Positions 32,469 to 40,461 of a stretch of DNA of 64,000 nucleotides are shown one piece after another (positions within the stretch are counted from its first letter, which is position 1; the number at the start of each line of letters is the position of its first letter). The translations under genes and the position numbers were made by a program. The stretch covers positions 256,001 to 320,000 of the forward strand of contig CAVVLO010000001.1 of the NCBI GenBank assembly GCA_963749155.1, in the 5' to 3' direction. The DNA is from an uncultured Armatimonadia bacterium (GTDB lineage: Bacteria; Armatimonadota; Zipacnadia; CAVVLO01). A model generated the notes under the pieces. The model saw only the letters and a list, made by a program, of their open reading frames with translations. It was not told the origin of the DNA and made no database searches.

Positions 32469-34331
32469 TTACAGCTTGGCCATCCAGACGGTCATCTGGG
32501 CGGGGCCGCGGTTGTTCCAGGCATAATAGGGGACTGCAACCAACTCGACAGGTTTCTCGGCGGAAGCGCGACCAGAGCGGAAATAGAGCGGCCGGTCGCC
32601 CTCGGGATCGGCCACCAGAGTGCCTTCCATCACCAGCGCCACTGCTTCGCCCAGCTCCGGAGCACAGTTAATATCAGCAGGAGTTGCTTCTACGTCAACG
32701 CGCACCGAGGCCAAATCCAGCCCTAAGTTATCAGGCCCTTCGAGGCAGTAGAGCACTGGCCCGCGCATCAGAGCAACCTGCTCCCGGTCTTCAGTAACGC
32801 GCACATCGGCTTCCCAGAAGGTCGGCTCCACGGGCAGTTGGAGCAGCACCGCATCTCCGTCAGCCCAGGTGCGACACAGCTCAAAATAGGTGCCAGGCTT
32901 CGCAAAGCGAGGCGCCTCATCATTTATTTGCACCCAGGCCGAGTCCGCCCAGGCGGGGATGCGCAGGAAGAGGGAAAATTCGGCATCTTCATCAAGGGAG
33001 AGTTCGAATCCGATGCTGCCCTCCCACGGGTAGTTGGTATGCTGTACCAGGCCAATTCGAGCGCCACTCTCGAGTTGCCAGTCCAGCGCGCACTCATCGT
33101 AGAAATGCGCCCAGAGGCCCTTCTGGGAGGTGCTGAACATACAACCGGGCAGCTCGGCGATGACTCGCTGGATATTGGGCGGGCAGCAGGTGCAACCATG
33201 CCAGGCGGTGCGCTCATACGGCGCTCGGTTTGCCCAGGGATACCACATCCCAAGCTCGCCCTGGCCAGTGCTGGAAAGGGGATTCATATAGAAATAGCGT
33301 TCTCCATCCAGCGAAAGTGAGGCCAGCAGGTGGTTGTAAGCGACGCGCTCGAACAGGTCAGCATATTCGGCTTCGGGCCAGGCCTGCAGCAGGCGCCAGG
33401 CCCAGAACAGATTCGAGATACCCGCGCAACTCTCGGCGTAGGCGCGAGCGTTGGGTAGCTCGAAGTCGTTGCCGAAGGCCTCGCCCTCGTACCTGCTGGC
33501 CGAAGCACCGGTAATGTAGAGCTTGCGCTGCACCAGCGATTCCCATAGCGAACGCAGAGCGACTTCGTAGTCGTCATCTCCTGACTCGAGATAGTAGTCC
33601 GCCCCTCCGCTGGCAAAATAGCCCATCCTGACCGCGTGGCCCCACATATCGCGCCGCTCGGGAAACTGCATTGCATCCAGAAAGAACTTGCCAAGGTCGA
33701 GGTAGCGCTGTTCGCCAGTCTCACGATACAGCTCGATGAGCGCCAGTTCGATTTCTGGATGGCCAGGCCAGTCGCCGCGCTTCCCTGGACCAAACACGGT
33801 GCCGATGTAGTCGGCATATTTGCAGGAGACTTGCAGCAGCCTGTCATCGCCCAGCACCCGGTTCACGGCGACGGCGGCCTGGAAGAGGTGTCCTGCGCAA
33901 TAAAGCTCGTGGTTCGTACCGATGTTGGTCCAACGGTCTTCGGGCTTCTCGTGGAAGGTGTTGAGGTAGCCATCTGGTTGCTGGGCTGGGCCGATTGCGT
34001 TGATGGCTTCGTCAATCTGCTCCCGGATGAGAGGGCTGTCGCCTGTTGCCAGGGCCCAGGCGGCGGCTTCAATCCACTTGTAGAGGTCAGAATCTGTAAA
34101 TAATGCCCCCTCCCGGCCGACGCGTGCCTCGCCCGAGATGCGCTGGAAGTTGCGAAGGACGCCGTGCTCTTTCAGCATGTCGAAGAGTTGGGGTACGGAG
34201 ACCTCCCGGTTGAGGGTCAGGCGCGGTTTCCAGAAACCATCGCCCAGCGTGACCGCGGTAACAGGCACAGGATGAAGTCGCGCGCGAGGACTGGTGCGCG
34301 TATCATTTATATAAGGGGCTTTGGGTAGCAT
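32469..34331 (-). CDS. GH127 beta-L-arabinofuranosidase-like glycoside hydrolase
   Basis: DSDLYKWIEA, HELYCAGH, GHPEIELAL, GHAVR, AESCA, CCPPN, RGPVLYCLE, PYYAWNNRG. Confidence 0.92.
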   Translation of the reverse strand: MLPKAPYINDTRTSPRARLHPVPVTAVTLGDGFWKPRLTLNREVSVPQLFDMLKEHGVLRNFQRISGEARVGREGALFTDSDLYKWIEAAAWALATGDSPLIREQIDEAINAIGPAQQPDGYLNTFHEKPEDRWTNIGTNHELYCAGHLFQAAVAVNRVLGDDRLLQVSCKYADYIGTVFGPGKRGDWPGHPEIELALIELYRETGEQRYLDLGKFFLDAMQFPERRDMWGHAVRMGYFASGGADYYLESGDDDYEVALRSLWESLVQRKLYITGASASRYEGEAFGNDFELPNARAYAESCAGISNLFWAWRLLQAWPEAEYADLFERVAYNHLLASLSLDGERYFYMNPLSSTGQGELGMWYPWANRAPYERTAWHGCTCCPPNIQRVIAELPGCMFSTSQKGLWAHFYDECALDWQLESGARIGLVQHTNYPWEGSIGFELSLDEDAEFSLFLRIPAWADSAWVQINDEAPRFAKPGTYFELCRTWADGDAVLLQLPVEPTFWEADVRVTEDREQVALMRGPVLYCLEGPDNLGLDLASVRVDVEATPADINCAPELGEAVALVMEGTLVADPEGDRPLYFRSGRASAEKPVELVAVPYYAWNNRGPAQMTVWMAKL

Positions 34332-34367
34332 CGAACTCCCTCCCGGGATGACTCAGGATGGGAGAAA

Positions 34368-34395
34368 GTTCGACATCAAGGCTGATTTATCCTGC
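34368..34395 (-). promoter_or_regulatory. sigmaH-like promoter motif upstream of GH127
   Basis: GCAGGA-taaatcagccttgatgtc(18)-GAAC. Confidence 0.55.
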
Positions 34396-34857
34396 GCTAG
34401 CGGCTTCAATCCAGGCAACCTGCACAAGTTGTCTGTGCTTGTTGGTCTCGCGCGCCAGACGCTCAAGAGTCTCTTTCAACTTGGGCGCGTCCCCCTCAAA
34501 AACTTCAAACCACTTGGACTCGATAAGAGAGTTCTCCATATCGCGCGCCACCGACAAAGCCTGCCTTGGAGAGATGTGCGAATCCGCCCGGCACTGTTCT
34601 ATCTGCTCTCCCACATAGCCAAGCGCTGTCTTAACCGCTATCGGATTGAAGCGGTCCGCCAGGCAGCACAGTTCGCCTTCGGAGACTGAGGCGCCAAGCT
34701 CTTCGAGCATCTGAGCGTGGCCCTCTTCTTGCTTGGAAAGCTCTTCAAACAGTGTTTTATAGGCGGGCAGATTGCTGGCATAGATGGAGTAAAGCCGCCC
34801 AACAGCTCGCTCATGCTGGGCAAGCAACTCAATCAACTGCTTCGGGTCTAGCTTCAT
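34387..34857 (-). CDS. Ferritin/rubrerythrin-like four-helix protein
   Basis: HERAVGRLY..EEGH..ME..ETNKH di-iron-like pattern; SD GGAGG before ATG 34857. Confidence 0.7.
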   Translation of the reverse strand: MKLDPKQLIELLAQHERAVGRLYSIYASNLPAYKTLFEELSKQEEGHAQMLEELGASVSEGELCCLADRFNPIAVKTALGYVGEQIEQCRADSHISPRQALSVARDMENSLIESKWFEVFEGDAPKLKETLERLARETNKHRQLVQVAWIEAASAG

Positions 34858-34892
34858 CCGCTTTGCCTCCGTGAGCACTCGAAGTACGTTTT

Positions 34893-36982
34893 CTATCTTT
34901 CACCCTTCAGTAACAAGTATAGTGGTTTTTCAGAAAGCTGCACCTGAGCTTCCACCTCGATCGGGGTGCCCATAAGGTCGAAGGCCTGCTCGATAGGCAA
35001 CCGCAGGTCCCGAGGATGTTCCGGTCCAGTCGTCCAGACCATCAGCAACTGCCTGTCATCGGCCAGGTCGAAAGTTATTATATAGGTGTCTTCTTGTTGC
35101 ATGAGTTTGGCGCTGGTTGCGCCAGCGGTCAGCCTGCTATAGGCGCTCACCGCTACCATCGCAGGCTTGGGCGAGCAGTTGTAGTTCTGATGGTGGATGA
35201 GCCCGAAAGTTGTGCTCGTTATAGGTGCGCTCCAGCCCGTCGTCCTTCAGGTCGTACCAGTAGCAGCGCTCGATGCCTTCCAGCACTTGCAGCAAGGCAA
35301 ACGTCCGCACGACCAGCGGCGCCTGGTCCTCTTCCTCTGTGCCAGCGGGCCCGCGATGGGTGGGATAGCCAATTTCTGTAATCCAGACTCGCTTCGGCGC
35401 TCCGTCGCGAGACCACCTCATCGCGTATTCGTCCTACTTCTGCGTACAGGTGAGAGGCTTCAGGGCTAGTGGGATAGCGGTAGGGGTGGATAGACCAGGC
35501 GTCCATTGAATCTGGCCCGGCCGTCTCGACCATCTTGCTGACAACCTCGGCGCAGTCGGTGCCATATTCGCCGCCCACACCAACGACGGTTACGTCAGGG
35601 AAGTCCGTCTTGATTGTTTCATAAGTCGTTTTGAGCAGCCTGCCATACGCCTCGGGGCCGTGATCGCCAGGCCTGCCGCCCATCCCGCAGCCGCCTATCC
35701 ACTCGTTCCACACCTCGAAGTTGTCCACGGTGCCCTCAGTCAGTTGCGCCAGTGCCCGCCCGTAATTCGCAAAGCCGGCAATGGCCTCCTCCGAGTTGGG
35801 GAAGCCCCCCTCATCGTACAGCCCATTTGAGTAATCGAGGATTGTCAGCGGCTTCAGGCCAACCTCTTTTGCCTTCGCATAATACGCCTGGCAATGAGGG
35901 GGCAAGGCATACTGCCCCTTCACCGTTTCGACGCCGCCCCAGCCGCACTCGTCCCGGAACCGGCTCACGCCATAACGCACAAGCAAATCCATACACTCCA
36001 GGGGATAAGCGTTCTGGCCGAAGTGGCAGTTGACCCCGACGAAGTCCGAGCTGGCAGGTCTGGCTTCCGCGGTCAGCGCCGCCATCGAGAAGACGACTTG
36101 CTCCGTCTGACGCCCATCCTCGGTCAGCGTGAAGCGACACTCATAATAACCAGGCTGCTCCAGGCTGAAATCGGCCCTCACCTGGGCCGCGGGGCCCTCT
36201 CCACTTGCGATTTCCACGCCGAAATAGTCTTTGACCGACCAGCTCAGGCGCTCTCCAAGGCCACTTGCGCGCAGTGCAACTGGCTCTCCGAGGGTGTAGA
36301 GATTCCCAAAACGCTTGTTCTCGACGTCTACCTGGAGAGTCTGGGTCACTGGGTGACGAGTTACTAGCGTCACCTCGTCAATCCACAGGCTGCCCTGCCC
36401 GGCCCATTCCCGACTTGGCCTGTCGAAGAGGATGCCATTGAAGGTGAGGGGATAATCCAGCTTGCCGTTGCCGTCTCCACCCCAAAAACTTGAAGGGGCG
36501 TTCAGTTCGACGACGGCGAATTGCCAGCCAGCTTCCTTGCCTGCCGTCAGCTCGAGTTGGTGCGTCTCGCCGCTTACATCATCCACGCGCAACCGCGGGA
36601 GGAAACGGGTGCCATCAGTCTTCAGCCAATAGCCCACGCCATAGCCAGGCTCGGAGATAGGGAAGCCGGGCGAAAGCTGTATATATTCCAGGGGCCGGTT
36701 GCCGACGAATTCGTAATCCACTCGAAGCGAGGCGCTGCCGCTATGATATTCACTTTGACAGAGCGCAATCGTGTTGGTGGCGTTCTGTTCGCCCTGGAAG
36801 GTCTGCCAGGCCTGCTCTCCCGCTTCGAAATCGTCCACGACCTGGGCGACATCATACAGCTCCTGCATTGGGACATCGGCCGGCACGCACTGGGCAGGCT
36901 GCCAGCCAGTAGTCACCTGGCAACTTGCAACCAGAGCAAAACCGAGCAGCAGGATAAGGACAAGCAACGGGGCAGAATCCAT
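34893..36982 (-). CDS. Secreted clan GH-A glycoside hydrolase (GH39/GH5-like) with N-terminal CBM-like domain; frameshifts near 35400 and 35200
   Basis: Signal/lipobox-like LVASC; GVNCH, EVWNE (acid/base), SIHPY, WITEIGY (nucleophile), YWYDLKDDG. Confidence 0.75.
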
Positions 36983-37013
36983 TGGAGAACCTCCTGAAAC
37001 TGGAACTGGCGAC

Positions 37014-37979
37014 TTAAGCATCGCCGCTGAGATGTCTGGGGGGATTGCCGACCTTGTCGCCGAGGTCGCGTTTGCGGCGTTCTACGATGGCTTCGGCCAG
37101 TTCCGAGACCGTATGACGCAGCCAAAGCTCGATATCGGAATCCTGTTCGTAGTTGGCTTCAACGAAGTAATTCACGCGCTGCTGGTCGTGCAGGCGCTTC
37201 ACTTGTTCATACTCGGCGAGTTTGCCGCGCTCGAAGACGGCCAGCGTCTTGCCGCCGCCCTTGCGCACGATAGAGAAACACGGCACATCGCTCGGGCCGT
37301 CGGCGATGTAGACCATATTGCGGAAGGGCACGCGCCTGTCGTCCTCGACGATGTAGCTGTTCACGTCAATCGTTGGCTCTTTGTTTACGCCTTTGTTGAT
37401 CTCGAAGACCGCGCGCGTCTTGGTGGTGTTGTCTATCACATAGCCCAGGGCGCTTATCTGGCTGCCGGTGGCCTCGAAAGGCTGGTCGAGATAGCCTGGC
37501 CCGGGGCTGTCCTGGACGAACTCGTTGGCCCAGACGTCCTCGACGAAGGGCGCGATGGCGCTGCCGAGGATTATCTGCCTGAGGCCAGTGCTGACGATGT
37601 AATGTTCCAGCTTCAGCTCGTAGGGGCGCCAGTTGGGGTTGCCCTCGACGAAGCTTTGCAGGCGGGCGAAGCACTCGGGCAGCCCTGGGAAGAACTCCAG
37701 CTCCGCCCCCAGCTCGCGCAGGCCGGCGTTGGAGAGGCCCTCAAAGACGCCAGCGCGGGCGTAGGAGAGCAGATGGTTGAGGTACATCGTGTCCTTGGAG
37801 ACGCGATCGAGCCCCTGGGCGGCATAGTGGCTGGGCAGGCCCTCTACCTCGCGCCAGAACTGCCCCTCGTCCACCCCATAGCGGCGGAAGAGCGGCGCCT
37901 GCATATAGCCGCGGATGAGCGTCTTGTCGAAATCCCAGACCAGTGCGATTACATTCTGCTGAAAGAGCGCGCTTGCCAT
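37014..37979 (-). CDS. HAD-superfamily hydrolase
   Basis: WDFDKT motif I, IVSTG motif II, K, YIADGPSD motif IV. Confidence 0.85.
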   Translation of the reverse strand: MASALFQQNVIALVWDFDKTLIRGYMQAPLFRRYGVDEGQFWREVEGLPSHYAAQGLDRVSKDTMYLNHLLSYARAGVFEGLSNAGLRELGAELEFFPGLPECFARLQSFVEGNPNWRPYELKLEHYIVSTGLRQIILGSAIAPFVEDVWANEFVQDSPGPGYLDQPFEATGSQISALGYVIDNTTKTRAVFEINKGVNKEPTIDVNSYIVEDDRRVPFRNMVYIADGPSDVPCFSIVRKGGGKTLAVFERGKLAEYEQVKRLHDQQRVNYFVEANYEQDSDIELWLRHTVSELAEAIVERRKRDLGDKVGNPPRHLSGDA

Positions 37980-38049
37980 AGCCTCAATGATACCACGAGG
38001 AAGGAAGAAGAAGGGCAGGTGTCAGGAGCCGGTGCAGTTCCGCCAACCG

Positions 38050-38103
38050 ATTGCTAGCGTAGCGGAGGGGGTTATAATGAATATACGACCTTAGGCGATG
38101 CGG
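38050..38103 (-). pseudogene. Possible remnant of the 3' end of a REP-associated tyrosine transposase (RAYT/TnpA-Y1)
   Basis: Minus-strand reading PHRLRSYIHYNPLRY resembles the catalytic-Tyr YIxxNP motif; adjacent to REP-like hairpins; short match only. Confidence 0.3.
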
Positions 38104-38143
38104 ATTAAAACTGTAGAGACAGGTTACGCAAGGCGGCCTCCGG

Positions 38144-38274
38144 CCGTTGTTTCGGGACACTCCTGTCCCGAAACCGAAGCCGCCAGCTTCGAGGACTGCC
38201 TTGCCAGTTGCGCGAGCGTGAAAGAGGCAGGCCATATGGCCTGGTATCGGGACAAGAGTGTCCCGATACAACGG
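38144..38274. repeat. Inverted pair of 32-bp REP-like palindromes
   Basis: 38144-38175 ccgttgtttcgggacactcctgtcccgaaacc versus reverse complement of 38243-38274 ccgttgtatcgggacactcttgtcccgatacc (29/32 identical); each has an 11-bp stem and 4-nt loop. Confidence 0.8.
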
Positions 38275-38302
38275 AGTTGCCAACAGACGTTGTGCATTCC
38301 AC

Positions 38303-39150
38303 TCATGAAGGATATGTCAATACAACGTCTGTTTTGAAGTCTTGCGCAATGCTTAATGGGGTTCCACCCATCTCATTAGGTCCTGGAGAGGGATTTGCAC
38401 CAGCCTCCAGCAATAACCGAACGCAGACTGCTTGCTGCTTGTCCAAAGGCCCGAGGAATGCGTTTCGCCACTACTTCCCCAATCCTCGTATTGGTCCTGG
38501 TAACAGGCAAGCAGATGCAGTGGAGTGTTGCCATGGGCGTCCCGTGCGTTTGGGTCAGCACCTGCTTTCAGTAGCATTTTTATGACTTCTGGCAGTCCCC
38601 CATTTTTCCCACCGGGCAATGTGGCATTATGTAGTGGTGTGCCTCCGTCGAGAGGTTCTCGCGCAGTCGGGTCTACTCCTGCATTGAGCAACATGGTAAC
38701 TCGACCTGTATCTCGCAAGTCGATCGCCTCGAATAACTCTCGCGGATCAGGCGGTGCCTGGAGCTGGAGGAACAATATCACGACTAGGCACACCAGCGCC
38801 ATCAGTCCCAGTATGAACCAGGTACGTTGCAGTCTGACTATAGACGCTGGCGATCGTTTCGTGGCAGGAAGCGGCACCTCGACCGTTGGGTGATCCTCGT
38901 CTTGCTGTGCTGCAATAGGCGGAGGCAGTGCGTCGACGACTGTGGCTGCACCGGGTTGGTTAACTGGCTTCGGCGGTGGCGGGGGAGGCTCGCTTGCAGG
39001 GGCTGGTGGCATCGGCTCAGGTTCGGGCGTACGGTACTCTCGGTTCTTCGCCCCGCAGTACGGGCAAGTTTTTTCGGTCTCGGCGTAGTAGTCACCGCAC
39101 TCTGAACACTCGAGTTTAGATGCTGCCACACTGCACCACCCCTTCGTCAC
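38303..39150 (-). CDS. Zn-ribbon / Pro-rich / single TM / ankyrin-repeat protein; frameshift near the 3' end
   Basis: CSEC..CPYC, Pro-rich linker, TM, GGTPLH..LLKAGADPNARDAHGNTPLH; another frame continues VRLLLEAGANP..GGTPLSIA to a stop at 38303. Confidence 0.75.
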
Positions 39151-39337
39151 GTCAGCCCGGGTTTGCTCTAATTGGCGAAGCTTACCTGCAAATATAGCAA
39201 GCTGCCGAACCGCCGAGTGCTGGCAGTGCTATCAGTTGCCGATATCAGCTGCTGTAAATCCTCAGCAGGCGGTTGCTAGCATCTTCCTGCGTGAAGCTGA
39301 GGAAGAGGTAGACGGCCAAGGCTTGCGCGCGCGGACG

Positions 39338-39373
39338 AACAAAACCAGGGAGGCCCTTCGCGGGGCCTCCCTG
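39338..39373 (-). terminator. Rho-independent terminator for the tspO-hypothetical unit
   Basis: CAGGGAGGCCC/GGGCCTCCCTG stem followed by GTTTTGTT on the minus strand. Confidence 0.7.
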
Positions 39374-39393
39374 CTGCTCGCTGTGGAAAAAAA

Positions 39394-39795
39394 CTAGGCA
39401 AACCCTTCCAGCACGAGGCGGAGGCGGACTCCCAGTTCGAGGCCGTTCTGGTCTTCCATAAGCAGGTCGAGGACGCGGTCTTTTTCGGGCACATCGCGCT
39501 TCACTTCGGCGCTGATGACGAAGGGGCCGGTGCCCAGCTTGATGGGGCACTCGTTGCCCTGGCTCGTGCCAACGGCCGCAAGTTTCAGTTTGGAGATAAT
39601 CCCGTCGGAGAGTTCGTAGGTCCCTTCCACCAAAAAACGCGCCCCGGTAACCGTGTGGTCGTGGGTGCCGAGCACCGCGGCGATGTCGAGTTGCAGCGCG
39701 AGCGCGTGGTCGGGGTCGCAGAAACCAGGCTCTACGGTGTAGCGCAGAGGTTTGAGAGCCTGCTTATCGTCGAAAGCGGAGCAATCGCCTGTCAT
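39394..39795 (-). CDS. Hypothetical beta-rich protein
   Basis: ATG with SD GGGAGG, downstream of tspO, followed by a terminator. Confidence 0.6.
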   Translation of the reverse strand: MTGDCSAFDDKQALKPLRYTVEPGFCDPDHALALQLDIAAVLGTHDHTVTGARFLVEGTYELSDGIISKLKLAAVGTSQGNECPIKLGTGPFVISAEVKRDVPEKDRVLDLLMEDQNGLELGVRLRLVLEGFA

Positions 39796-39838
39796 AAGCC
39801 GCCTCCCTGAAAGAGGACTCTAGCCTGATTATACGCCG

Positions 39839-40330
39839 TTAGTTGGGCGGATTCAGTCGCCATATCGAATAATTGAGCGCCGTCGCAAGACTCCCCCACA
39901 CCAGATAGGGGATCAGCAGTCCCCCTGCCCAGGGAGAGAGCCGCCAAAAGAGGAAGATACTCGCCAGCACCAGCAGCCAGAGGGGCACGATGATATAAAG
40001 CCCGCCCACGAGCGACTGGTTGCCGAAGAAGACGACACTCCAGAGGCCATTCAGCACCAGTTGGGCAAGGAAGACGCCGACCGCGAGGCGCGCGTCCGCC
40101 CCGCCCGCTGCTGCCCGCCAGACGAGGAACAGGCTGATGCCCATAAGCGTGTAGAGCAGCGTCCAGACAGGCCCGAAGACCCATCCAGGCGGCGTGAAGG
40201 CCGGCTTTACCAGCGTGGGGTACCAGGTGCCCACCGATTTGGCCGTGAACAGGCCACCGATTATCCCCGGCAGGAAGCACACGAAAAGACAGAGGGCCAG
40301 CTTCAGCACGTCGGCACTGGTGAACTTCAT
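39839..40330 (-). CDS. tspO: TspO/MBR family tryptophan-rich sensory protein
   Basis: WYPTLVKPAFTPPGWVFGPVWTLLY, QLVLNGLWS..FFG, LLIPYLVW..ATALN. Confidence 0.95.
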   Translation of the reverse strand: MKFTSADVLKLALCLFVCFLPGIIGGLFTAKSVGTWYPTLVKPAFTPPGWVFGPVWTLLYTLMGISLFLVWRAAAGGADARLAVGVFLAQLVLNGLWSVVFFGNQSLVGGLYIIVPLWLLVLASIFLFWRLSPWAGGLLIPYLVWGSLATALNYSIWRLNPPN

Positions 40331-40365
40331 ACCCTCACCCCCCTGCATATATAAACCCGGTTAAG

Positions 40366-40422
40366 CTTCGCGCTAGTTCCAGAAAATCCTGCCAGGCAGG
40401 GAAGGGGAGCGCTCCGGGGAAC
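40366..40422. promoter_or_regulatory. Back-to-back sigmaH-like promoter motifs (tspO on -, GH127 pair on +)
   Basis: Minus GCAGGA-N17-GAAG (40392-40366); plus GCAGGG-N17-GAAC (40396-40422). Confidence 0.55.
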
Positions 40423-40461
40423 TTTCTCGGACCAGCAAGAATCCCAAAGTGGAGGACCAGG

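Noticed and set aside
36771..38057. 428-aa plus-strand ORF antisense to the HAD gene
   Set aside because: No recognisable motifs; best explained as a shadow ORF of a GC-biased gene
38144..38274. CRISPR array
   Set aside because: Only two units, inverted rather than direct, and no cas genes
39161..39189. Further GCAGG-type motif upstream of the ankyrin gene (a similar one at 53461-53485)
   Set aside because: Spacing of 19 and 15 nt with mismatched boxes; outside the 17-18 nt pattern
39245..39390. Short ORF fragments between the ankyrin gene and the tspO unit
   Set aside because: No convincing start or SD, and they overlap a terminator hairpin
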